The notes under the pieces were generated by a model, which saw only the letters and a program-made list of their open reading frames with translations, did no database searches and was not told where the DNA came from. Positions 12,581-23,700 of a stretch of DNA of 64,000 nt are shown here, one piece after another. Source of the DNA: Lama guanicoe (taxonomy: Eukaryota); NCBI GenBank assembly GCA_013239625.1, contig MU053934.1, positions 3,056,399 through 3,120,398 on the forward strand. The letters are read 5' to 3'. A program made the position numbers and the translations under genes. The stretch's first letter is position 1, and each line of letters opens with the position of its first letter.

Positions 12581-15500
12581 TCTTGGCATGGAGTCGAGAA
12601 GTTGTCTATTTAGCCCTTCATTAATCCCGCAAGGATTTACCGAGCACCTCCTGGCAGCCCCGTGCTGGGCACTTGGAGTTACAGAATGTGTGGGATGTGA
12701 ACTCTGTCTAACTCAAGGAAGCTTCTCTTAATATGGGGGTAGGACAAATACGCAGATAGTTGTAATTAAGGGAGCGTGTCAGCACAAGGGTTGAATATTC
12801 AGGGCAGTCCTAGTATCAAATAAAAGAACATGAGATGTGATGCTAAGCCTTTTAAGGCTTTATCTAAATAAAGTAACAAGAGAGAAGGAAAAAAATTTTG
12901 GACAACCTAGGCAATTTTGTCTAGAAAATGTGATAATAACGAATGTCAAAGACATAGAGTATGCCCAGTTGCTGATGTGACACCTGGAGCCGGGACAGCA
13001 ATCCTGTGGCCACCATCCTGTGGCTGCTGTCCCGTGGCCCTGAGGGAGGCCAGCGTAGGAACAAAGCTGTTGCAGTAAGTGTGCTGAGTGCCCCACCTGG
13101 GATTTAGGGTGACTTTTCCCTTTTGATGCTTTATGTTCGATATGTGTTCCTTGCACCCAAATCATCCTGACAAATATAGAAAGGCTATCTAACAAAAAGC
13201 AGAGAGAGGAAAGGCATCTTTTCCAGGTATTTAAGTCTCAAAACAAGAAGGAAAGAGCCTACACTCCCAGCCAAGAGCTTTGGGAAAGGATGTGCTGAGT
13301 AGACACACAGTCCCCTCTCCCCCCAACACCCAGGATGCCCCGGGGTGGTGGCAGAAGGCAGGCAGAGGGGAAGCAAGGATGTGTCAGTGCTGGGGTTCCT
13401 GGTTAAAGTAGATTCTGGCCCTTCCTTCCCAGCTGAGCCTGGTCAGGGGCCTCAGGAAAGACCCCTAGCAGTTCTGGGACATCTGAGACTGAGAGAAGCC
13501 ATTCCTCTCTCCCGGGGCAGAACCCTGCGGAAGTGACTGAGACCCCAGGGAAGAAATGGTCTGATGGTACATCCCAGCAGATGGGGCCAGACTTAGCCAG
13601 CCCTCGGAAGGATACAGAATTTGTGAGACAAGCATGTATGCAGAGAGGAACCGGACATCCCAAGAGGGGTGAGGACCCAGGAGGCTCTGCAGGAATGCGG
13701 GTGGTTCAACAGGTATGTGGGCACAACCAGGAGCCCAGAGCAGGGGGGATACTGACCCTGTGCTGTGGCCGTGCCATGCCAGGTGACCCCTCCCACTGCC
13801 AGGATGGGGCACCTGGATGCAACCCCCTGGGAAATGTGGTGGGGGAGGAACCCCAACTGGCCAAAATCGCATCTCTTCGACGTCAGCAGGAAAGAAATTA
13901 AGTTTAGTCGTGCAAAAATAAAGGAATTTCTATTTTGCGTACATCTGAGTTTGCAGCATCAGCTCGTCCCCCGCAGTGATGAAGGTCAGTCATCGAGTAA
14001 CCCTCTACCCTGCTGCTGCTCCGCAGAGGGTGCACTGTTTCCTCTGTGTGCCCCTCACCAATTACTATTTCCTCCAGCCCACGCCACCACCTCCAGGCGC
14101 CCTCACACCTCATCCTGACCCTGCGCTACAACCCCTAGCCTGGTTCCTGGCCACGCCAGCCTCCCAGCCTCCTGGGTTTGCAGATCAGCTGCTCTCAGCC
14201 ACGCCGGCTTAGCCCGGCGCACTCTTGACTCGTGTCATGGAAATCCCTCCTTCCTTTCTGGCTCCCGCTGCTGCCGGCTGGCCCTAGCTCTCCCTGGCTC
14301 GGCCCCACCCATAATGTTCTCGACATCTGTTTCTGGTCATGTTGAGTTTCTGCCCGTGCTTTTCCCTTCCTCCAGATGTACACGTGGCACTACGTGGCTA
14401 CTGGGACAGGCCCGTGGAGCTGGCAGGAGCAGGAGGGAGCAGGAGGGAGCAGGAGGGTTGCATGATGACACACCAGCCACTGCTAATGCACCGAACATCA
14501 TCACATTCGGTCCTCATTAGGGACAGGAAAGGGGCTGCCCCCACCCCCCGGCGTGGGGAGGTGGCAAGGGCATTTCGCCAGCTCGCTGGGGTCACCGGGA
14601 TGAAGCACTGCACATCTCTCGAGGATGTCATCCCCGTGGACCTCGCATGGGCCTGGCGGGGCTCCAGTTTTCCAGGGCCCTTGCCCAACCCCCACCTAAA
14701 ACTTACCTGTGGGGAGACTGTCCACAACAAAGATCTAGTGGCTCTTACCCCCCATGGATGATAAGCCACCAAGTCAGGGACTGGGACCTCGTGGGAACAA
14801 CTGGCCTGGACAGACCAGAGGGCGACTTTGAAGCATGAACAGAGAAGTATTTGCAAGTCAGATGAGACGACCCAGAGGCTGCCGGTCTTGGACCACTGAA
14901 CTAACCGCCTGGAAACGTCTGGGGCCTTTGGCCTCAGTTTGTAAAGGACAAACTTCAGTCATTCTACAGGGGCTTGACAAGAAGTGTCCAAAGCCTGTCT
15001 GCCTCAGTAATCTGCAAACCTAGTCCTCGTGCTGTCTGGGACCAAAAGCTGCCTGGCACTGGGGATAACATTTGCCACCAGGGTTGGAGCAGGGCTGCTG
15101 TTTAGGCCAGTGAGGCTTCAACAGCAACGTGGACCACAAGCATGCCATGAGATGGCTCCCTGAGCAGCCTCTGACCTCTTAGAGCCTCTTGGGTGAGAGC
15201 TGCAAGGCTTCAGCTGTGGTGGGAAGTCTCCCTCAGGGGCCAGAGGGAGCCCAAGGAAACTGAGACTTGTGTCTCCCCCTGCCTGGGCTGCAGGTCCAGG
15301 TGAATCCTGGGGCAGTTCTAGTGGGTCTGTCTTTACAGCATCCTTTTCCATGTGGTACCCAGCGAGCCAGCAAACACAGCCACAGGCAGTGCAGGAGGCA
15401 CCCAGCCCAGCAAGCCGGGAAGGGGAATGGACGCAGATCCTTTTAAGTATCTGTAGGTGAGTAGCTACCTTGCTAGCTTACAAAGTCAGAACCTGCCAAG

Positions 15501-16098
15501 TCTGCCTACTGGAGGTGAGAAGCAATTTCCTCCAGACAATGCCCAGTAGTTACCTGGTAAATACTACACACAAAACGTGAGATCAGAGCCCAGACTGAGG
15601 GGCTGTGGTTATTCAGCACATCCAAGGGCCTCGCTGGAGCATAAACTCCATGGGTGTTCTCCATGGCAAGGTAATGGATATGCCTCTCATTACAGCCTCT
15701 GAGCCTAGTGGGGTGGTACACAGTAGATGCTCAAAAGGTGCAGTTCAAAGGATGAACACAGCACACCAGGCAACCTTTCCTCTAACCCTCATGGCTACTC
15801 CGTAAGCTAGATTATCATCATTCCCATTTTACCGACAAGGAAACTGAGACTCAGAGATGCAGGGGCTTTTCCTGAGGCCACAGCCAGGGCTTGGCACAGC
15901 AGACTCTGACTGGCTCCACTACCTCCAAGGCACACTCCTGAGTGAGTGACCGAGGGAGCTGGTCTCTTTGTGGGTGGGGAGCACACAGAATGGAGCCCTG
16001 GGCTCAGGCCCCAGCAGAACCTGGACCGGCTGCTCTCCCACGGTGGGCAAAGAAAACCCAGCCGAAAGAACCAGCCTGAACTGCTAAGAAGACACACA

Positions 16099-16104
16099 TT
16101 TAAT
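16099..16104 (-). terminator. C1QTNF6: Candidate C1QTNF6 poly(A) signal ATTAAA (an alternative ATTAAA is at 16968-16973)
   Basis: tttaat on + strand, followed on the minus strand by GU/U-rich sequence (tgtgtgtcttc...gggttttctttg). About 1.75 kb past the stop codon. Confidence 0.55.
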
Positions 16105-17444
16105 CACGCTGGACAAGCAGGGCAGGGGCAAACTGGGCTGCGGGCGGCCGTATAGCACCAGCCTCCACGGCACTGGGTCAGGCCCCGCCGCCATCGCCCA
16201 GCCACGTGGCCACGGCTCCCTTGGCTCTAAGTAAGCATCAGAGACCATCACCCGGGCCAGCTGTGCCCCGGAGTCTGCACAAGCACCAATGGGTCGAGGC
16301 CATCTCCCTCTGCGGAGAGGTTCAGGCCACCTGGGGTTGGGGGAGAGAAAGGCTGGGGGCCGTCAGGCTGTCCTCCCTGAGAGGCGGAGGGGACAGAAGC
16401 CCTGATGTCCCTCATTCTGCCTCAGCCTCTCCCAGCACCTACCTCCCTTGGCATCATGGCTCAGAGGAGAAGCCCCCGACTGACCCAGAACATGGCTCGC
16501 TTTGGTTCCCCAGACCTGCTGAGGGGTCCAAAGCCCGGGGCCTCCCGTCCTGGCTCATTGCCCGGCAGAGTCTGTCACAACAGCAGAGGCCAGAGGAGGT
16601 TCTGCTGGGCAGGAGCTGCCCACCAGGGCCTCAGCACCTTAACAGAGCCTGGAGAGCCGGGGGCACCGGGCTGGCGAGAGGGGCCACGGAGGTCAGAGCA
16701 CCTGGGGACAGACATCAGTGTCTGACACTGGCCGGGAGCCTGGGAGAACTGAGGCCCAGGCAACCCTGGCAGGGTGGGCTGAGCACTGCCCCGATGGCGT
16801 CCAGGGAGCGGGGCAGGGAGGGCACATGCTGAGGAGGGTAGGAGCCAGGTGGGGAGAAACGGGTCCAGGCTCCCTTCTCCAGGGGCCCCCTACCTCAAAA
16901 TGCCCCCAAGCCCCTGGGTCCTCTCCTCACAACACCCTTGCCCTGACTGAGGCCCCTCTGGGTTTGCTTTAATACAAGCATTGGGCAGAAAAACAAGGAG
17001 GAATGGGCAGGGGGTACCACACCCCAACTCAGGTGCCCTATGCCAACAGCCTTGGGGACTGGTGGGTAACGAGCGGCCACAGTGCCTGAGAGCCCAGAAT
17101 GCAGACTTCTGTGATCAGAGCCCCACGTGTTTCCTTGGGTCTGGTTTCAGAATCCTCTGTGCATCCCCACCCTGGCTGGACTGGGTGCCCACCGACGGCA
17201 GGGCCTGTGACTGATCCACCTCAGCCTTCCCGGAACCTGGCACGGAGTGAGGGCTCAGTGAGTGTCTGACGACTGAATAAATGAACCATGACTACACAAG
17301 TAAGGGTGCAGACGGGAGTGAGACGAGAAGGGGGAAGGGGCAAGAGACCAGAGGAGGGGGTGTCCTAGAGGGATGAGAGAATTTCAGGATGTTTGGAAGA
17401 TTCCAGAATGTTCAGAAAGTACTAGAATGTTGTGAAAGTTATAG

Positions 17445-17612
17445 GACTTGATTACTCGAGTGGTGTCCAGTGACCAGCAGCATCAGCATCACCCCGGAAA
17501 TTAGAAATGCAGAACCCTGGGCCCACTGCATGCTTGCTGAGTCAGAACCTGCATTTTAGCACAGTCCCTGGGTGATGCATACTCACATTCGAGTTTGAGA
17601 GGTGCTGGTCTA
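17445..17612. mobile_element. MER5A-like DNA transposon in the C1QTNF6 3' UTR
   Basis: accagcagcatcagcatcacc...ttagaaatgcaga...tcagaacctgcatttta...gtttgaga. Confidence 0.8.
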
Positions 17613-17842
17613 AAGGGTTGGGAAAGTTCTAGAAGAATTAGGTTAGGAGGTTTCTTAAAAGTCATCCAAGAGAGGAGAGAGGCAGAAACAGCCTGAGAGG
17701 GGTGATGGAGGGAAGGAAAGAAGAGGAAGGCTGCCCAGAATGTCAGGTCCTGCGGCCCACTTTACAGATGTGCAAACTGAGGCCCTGCAGGGGACAGACC
17801 TGCCCGCAGCCACCCCCAGCCCGAGCTGCCCCGCCGGAGGCA

Positions 17843-18390
17843 CTAATCGTCCTCGGGCTTGATGAGGTGGCCGCTGAAGGTGATGTAGGTGTCAATGTCG
17901 TCGCTGTAGACGGCGTTCTCACGCTCGCGCTTGAAGAGCCGCGCCCAGACGCGGTCGCCAGGCGCCAGGGCCAGCATCACGCTCTGGCTCTGCATGATGC
18001 TGCGGTCGCTGGGCTGTGCGTACAAGATGACGGCTGCCTCCTCGTTGTGCACGACATGCACGTAGGTCTCCTTGAAGTTCCAGCTGTGCACATTGAGGCT
18101 GAAGAAGTAGAGGCCGCGCAGGGGGGCGATGAAGTGGCCAGCAGCCAGGTCGAAGTGCCCGTCCGGGTTCACGAAGACCGTGTCGAAGAGCAGCGGCTGG
18201 AAGCCCTCACTGCTGTGCAGGGCCGTCTTGCGGCCCACTGAGAAGGCTGAGAAGCGCCTCTGGCATGGGCCGCCGGGGCTGCCCGCCTGCCCCTTGGCGC
18301 CCTTGGTGCCCTGGGGGCCGCGCTCCCCCCGGGGGCCCTCCCTGCCCAGCTTCCCAGGCGTACCCAGCAGGCCTCGGTCCCCTTTCTCAC
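17843..18390 (-). CDS. C1QTNF6: C1q/TNF-related protein 6 (CTRP6), last coding exon: collagen-like Gly-X-Y repeats and globular C1q domain
   Basis: Translation [28 protein letters not shown]...[14 protein letters not shown]...[18 protein letters not shown]...[12 protein letters not shown] matches CTRP6. Acceptor ttacccacag| ends at 18391 and the TAG stop is at 17843-17845. Length 548 nt, phase 1. Confidence 0.97.
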
Positions 18391-20209
18391 CTGTGGGTAA
18401 AAGAAGGAGAGACGTCAGGACAGCCACCCAGGCCTGCACCGAGGAGGCTCCTGCGCGTGTTTGCAGAAGGCTCTGCCCCCGCCCAGAGAAGGCAGGCTAG
18501 AGGAGGAGCCAGCACTCACTGAGCACCGACTACATGCCAGGCAACGCTGCCTGGACGCCCCTCTGAAGGAGACTCCGTGTCCACCTCCACTCACAGAGAG
18601 GTGAAGGGACTCGCCCGGGTCACACAGCTCAGGAGCAGGGGAGACAGGACTCCAACCGCAGTCCGTCTCCACGCCGGCCTGCTTCCTCCCTTCCGAGACC
18701 AGACCCGGCTCTGGGGGGTCACTGCACCCAAAAGGGCTCTGGGAGGATGTGGGTGTGGACTCACCTGGCCTCTCCAGCCCAGAGAAGGAATCACCTGGAC
18801 AGAAGCGTCCAGATTTGGAGCCAGGCAGCCCTTGGTGGGTGTTACTGCCTCTCTATGACCAGGGGCATTCGTGGTTGGGGTCTTGGAATTTTTTGGTCTG
18901 TATCTTGAAGAGGATAATGTCCACCTCATGGGGGTGTTCATGAGCCCTGTGGGAAAGCTCTCAGCCTACTCTGCAGATAGGAGATGGGCTGGTTCACTCA
19001 GCACTGCCCGGCCTGACTCCATGGGCCCTTGGCTCTGGCAGCATCTGCCCTCATCCCCAGGCAGGCACGCCTCTGCCTAGCCCCTGTTCCAGGCTGACCT
19101 TGAACGCAAGACAAGCAGGTGACCACCGACTTCTTGAGGGACCAGATCCCAAATAGTTCCCTGCTGCCTGTCACTGTGCCCGAAATCATACCCTCAGCCA
19201 GGTCCCTTTGAACGAAGTGGACAGCCTTGTGTTTTCCTGAGGTCCCCTATGACCATGGCAATAGTGCTGGGAAGAGGGGAGGAAAGGGCAGGCAGGAGGG
19301 CGCAGGCCCTCGGAGGAGAAGCCTGGAGGGAAGCAGGGAGGAGGGGGTCCATGGCTCTGGGGAGGTCTTCCTCAGTGGCCTCATGGGCCAACTAACAAAG
19401 GCATCACGTGCATTGCACTTTACAGTCTGCAGAGCATTTGCTTTCCCCCAGCCCTGAGGGAGGGGGTAAAGGGTGGTGTAGGAGGGGGTTCCCTTCTCCT
19501 TTTTACAAATGAGTCAGTCAGTGGGCCCAGGGAGGGAGAGACCAGCCGGCCTCACACAGCAAGGGAGCTGAAGAGCTGGGCTGGGACCTGGGACTCCTGA
19601 CGCCATCCAGGTGTCTTCTGCCCCTACAGACTGCCCGCTGGCCCGGCAGGCAGCTAGCCTGGTCCAGGAAAGGTGACAGGGAGTTTTAAGGAGGACTGTG
19701 AGTGGGAAACACTGTCAGCATCCAGGCATCGTATCCACCTCACACGGGGGTTCAGCTGGCCTAGGGGAAGCTGTGATATGTGAGGCAGTGGGGAAAGATG
19801 GGGAGAGGAAGGGAAGTGTCCTCACCCACAAAATCTGAAGGCTGGAGGGTCTCAGATGCCAGCTGACCCCTGGTTGTGGGATGAAGACCTCAGGGACAGA
19901 TCCTAGCTCTGCCCCTGACAGCCATGTGACCCCAGGAGAGCTCCCCACCTCTCGGAGGCTCAGTTTCCCCATCAGCAAAGTGGGAGGAATGATGTACCAA
20001 CGTTACAGAGTTGTTCTGAGCAAAGATAGAGGTTAAAGATGTCACAGGCCTGGCTTCAGGACCAGCCATTCACAGCCTCTGACAGCAGAAGTAGCTTCCT
20101 TCAGGTCTGGTTTTAGATGACAGGGAGCCTGCTCTCACCTGGACAGCCCAAGGGGCCCCCGCACATCCCCCTGCTTCACTCTTGTCCCCCATCACCTACC
20201 ATGAGAAGT

Positions 20210-20735
20210 TAGAGGGATCCATTTGAAATCTAAGTTGGGTCAGCTCCCTCCTCTGCTCAAATCCTTCCCTGCTCCCCATTTCACTCAGAGGAGAAGCCCA
20301 AGTCTGATCTGGCCCCTGTTTTGTCTCTAACCTCAGCTCCTCCCCTTGCCCCCTGCTCCTTCAACAGACCAGATCCGCTCCTGCCCCAGGGCCTTTGCAC
20401 TTGCTCTTCACTCTGCCTAGAATGCTCTTCCCCAGATATCCATGTGGCTTCTCCCCCACTTTCTCAGTGAGGCCTACACTGACCACCCCATTTAATAGGC
20501 AACCTGACCCACACACACCCACCCTCCCAATGCCCCTTACCCTGCTCTACCTCCTCACTTCCATAGCATTTATCACCATCCAACAATCCATCTCATTAAC
20601 TTGGGTAATATGTTTATCACTTACTGTCTGCCTCCCTGACTAGAACATCTCTGTCTGGTTTGTCCACGCTCCATCCCAGAATTCAGAACAGTCCTGGCCC
20701 ACAGTGGGGACTCACTAAATGTGTGAATGAAAGAA
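20210..20735 (+). mobile_element. L2 fragment in a C1QTNF6 intron
   Basis: ccagggcctttgcacttgctcttcactctgcctagaatgctcttcccccagat-like core, ending cactaaatgtgtgaatgaa. Confidence 0.7.
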
Positions 20736-20869
20736 AGGGTCTGGGACAGTCTTCTGTCCTGGTTTCTCCTGCTCCCTCCACCTCACCTCCCCCGGACCAG
20801 GAAGAGATCCCCATACCCTCCCTGTCCCTGACCAGGCCAGTCCAGCCTGAGCCCCGGATGGGTCCTCAC

Positions 20870-21116
20870 CCTTCAGGATGGTGATGTTAATGTAGGGCCT
20901 GACCTCAGGCAACACGTACTGAAGGGCAGACGGAGACGCCGAGGATGTATCTGCAGCGTCAGCAAGGACCAGGGGGTCCTCAGAGTCACAGCACCGCCGG
21001 CAGTTTCCAGAGGACGTCAAGGCCACAGCTTCCCCAGCAGTGGGCTCCTCAGTGGGGATCCCAGACACCGAGGGAGGGAGCAGGAAAAGCGCCCAGAGGA
21101 GGCCCAGGGCAGCCAT
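20870..21116 (-). CDS. C1QTNF6: CTRP6 first coding exon: signal peptide and Cys-containing N-terminal region (whole exon 20870-21128)
   Basis: Translates as MAALGLLWALFLLPPSVSG...CRRCCDSEDP...LPEVRPYINITILK(G). Acceptor ttccctgccag| precedes 21128 and donor AAGG|gtgagg follows 20870. 247+548 nt gives 264 aa plus stop, in frame. Confidence 0.94.
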
Positions 21117-23488
21117 CCCCGTGGCGACCTGGCAGGGAAGGAGGGACAGAAATACACTGAACTTAACAACTACACTCTGCCGATGCCCAGGGTAGATGAT
21201 GCAACCAGCAGCACAAGTGCATTCCTGACGTAGCTTGGGGAGGGAGCACTGGAGCCCCACTGAATAGACAGGAAGACTGAGGCTTACCCAGGGAAGCAAG
21301 TTCTCCAAGGTCACAAAGAGACTTACTGCAGTGCAGGACCTGGAGGCTGTCTCCTGGAATCCAGACCCTGGGAGTTTCTGCCACATGTGGGCCCGTGAAG
21401 GACGATCCCCTCCTGACCACCACCACCCACCGAGGAGAGCGGCAGCCAGGCGCAGACGAGCATCCCAAGAGGCTGTTGCTGGGGCAGGTGAGGAAGATGC
21501 CCAGCTGCCAATGAGACTATAAAATGCTTTTCTCACCCTCCCAACCTCCCTCTGGCTTGTTTTCTTGCCATTGACTCTATCCAATGTCCCTGGAGTGCAA
21601 GGTAGAAGGAGGCGCTAACTTGGGCTGGACAAGATAGAAACAAACAAACAAAAGAAGTCCCTGCAGGAATGCAACACTGAAGGTGTGTAACTGGGGCCAG
21701 CGCACCTCCTCACCCAGCATCTTTGGGCAGTCAACAAGCTACACAACTTAGCCTTACACAGGAAGCCCTTCAGGGACCGAGCAGGAGAGCGTCAAGTCAT
21801 TGGAAGGTGGTTATGTCAATCATCCTAGGCCTGCCAATCAGCTACCAAGGTGGTAAATTGGAACTAAGGGGCCAGATCCAGGAGGTCGGGAAAATTCAAA
21901 AGAAACAGGGAAGGCCGAGAGTCTCTGAGGATCTGTCTTTGGCCTTGGCCTAGAAGGGATCCAGAGTTCCAGAAGAAGGGCAGGAAGTAGACTGGACAGC
22001 AGCAACTGGAGACAGGCCGGGCTGGGTGGGCAGGAAGCCAGGCAAAGAGCCTTTGAGGTGGTGACAGTCTTTGGGGGCTGGCACCTGAGTTATCGCAGGA
22101 TCAGAAACTCGGCTCTTGAAACCAGACTGGGTTTTACACTTCTGGCGTTTCTTCTGTTTATTTCCTTTTTGTTCTCCTTTAACATTTAGTACAATTCAAA
22201 AATATTTTTCTGTGGTTAATACAGGTAGATAAGGTAAAATTATTTTTTTTTAAATGCCATTCTATCCTAACCTGAGCGCTGGGGTTAAGCGCTGGGTTTT
22301 AAAGGGGCAGGAGCCCTCCCCCAACACCCTCCTTCCTCCCTACTCCCTGAGGCTGCAGTAGCAGCAGGAGAAGGGAGGGGTGGGCGGGCAGCCTGCAGAG
22401 CCATCACCCCTCTCCTGGAGGTGACCATTCCCAAGCTCCTCTATGCCCCTTCCCCCTACACACACCCTGCACCGGTCTGGTTTCCTAGTTCTGCTCAATA
22501 AAGCAGCTCAAATCCTCAGAGGTCAACTCCCCTCTGTCAGAGGAAATTATCACCCTTAACTTTTAATTGTAAATTACACATCCCAGTGGTTTTCGGAAGA
22601 GCAAAATGCCCTCTTTTTCCTGGCCGTAGGTGTGACCTCATGGGAAAAGGTGAGGCTTTAGAGTTAGACCTGAGATCCCAGCAGAGTTTACAAGCTGTGT
22701 GACTTAAGGCTAGTGGCTTAACCTCTCTGAGCTTCCTGCTCTTTGACACTTACTGGAAGGAGACAACTCCATCTCCCAACCAAGCTGTTTGGGAGGATTT
22801 AAATGCAGGGGAAATGCCTGACTTGTAAAAGACTCAATAAAAAGTTTGTTCCTTTCTCTGCTGCCCAACTTGACCTCTTCCCAGGGCCTGCCTGAGATAG
22901 GAGAACTTCTCCCAGAGCACTGGCATGGTTTAGGGACATTTCTGCTGGCCCAGCCAGCTGGGAGTCAAAAGATCTCTGACACAGAACTGTGACCTGGGGC
23001 CGGAGGGTTGGGGGAAGGGGAGTGCAGGAAGCAGGAAGCAAAGCAGCCTTTAACAAAAGTAGTAATAACCACAGCCACGGGTCAGTGACTGGCCTCTGGG
23101 GATGTGGGGGGGGTGTCGGGCAGAGATCAAGTGTGCAGGACCATGCCACAACGGGGGTGCTTTGGGGGTCCCGCCTGCCTCCACTAGGGAGCTGGGACCT
23201 CTGTGGGAGTGGGGGGAGAGCCAGGCGCTGCTGAGCTGAGTTGGTTTGTGTCCAGGCAGGGGTGGGCACAAGCCGGGAGCAGCAGAGGGCAGCCCTTCAC
23301 CAGGGCTAAGGTCCCAGCCACAGGAGGGAATTGGGAGGGGAGAGCCTAGAGGGGCTGACCAAGGTCAGAGGGAGAGAGTGGGGTCCAAGATGTATCCAGG
23401 AAGAGAGGGCGAAGGAGAGGAATTCCAGTCTCTGACCCCAAACCCCTCGGCCCTGCTGGAAAATGTTGCAGGACCTCACATCACTCAC

Positions 23489-23700
23489 CCAGTGTCCTGC
23501 AGCCTCCAACAGCAGCTCATGGACCCCGGGCCTCTGGGCGGCCTCTGGTTCCTTGGTCCATGTCTGCAATAATAACTTGTTGCTGGCCCAGACCCCCAGG
23601 CCCGGCTGGCTGGCTGGCTGAGGAGGGACGGAGAAAGGGATGGAGACAGAGTGGAGGGAGGGAGGTAGCGAGGGCGGAGGGAGCGGGCTGAGCTGGCTTC
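23489..23700 (-). other. C1QTNF6: C1QTNF6 5' exon (donor exact, 5' end approximate)
   Basis: Donor ACTGG|gtgagt at 23489/23488. The in-frame reading QRPGVHELLLEAAGHW aligns with the human CTRP6 leader as I recall it (QWLRVRESPGEATGHR). GC-box-like GGGCGG motifs lie near 23670-23690. Confidence 0.75.

Noticed and set aside
13975..14120. C/D-box snoRNA (GTGATGA...CTGA)
   Set aside because: No terminal stem, no host intron and no recognisable guide sequence.
1..16000. IL2RB exons
   Set aside because: I recognised no cytokine-receptor coding exon or IL2RB first exon. The gene presumably lies left of the window.
17702..18500. + strand ORFs of 179 and 123 aa
   Set aside because: They are antisense shadows of the GC3-rich C1QTNF6 exon.
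20715..21584. 289-aa ORF as a single-exon protein
   Set aside because: Only 20870-21128 is exonic, bounded by canonical splice sites. The rest is intronic read-through.
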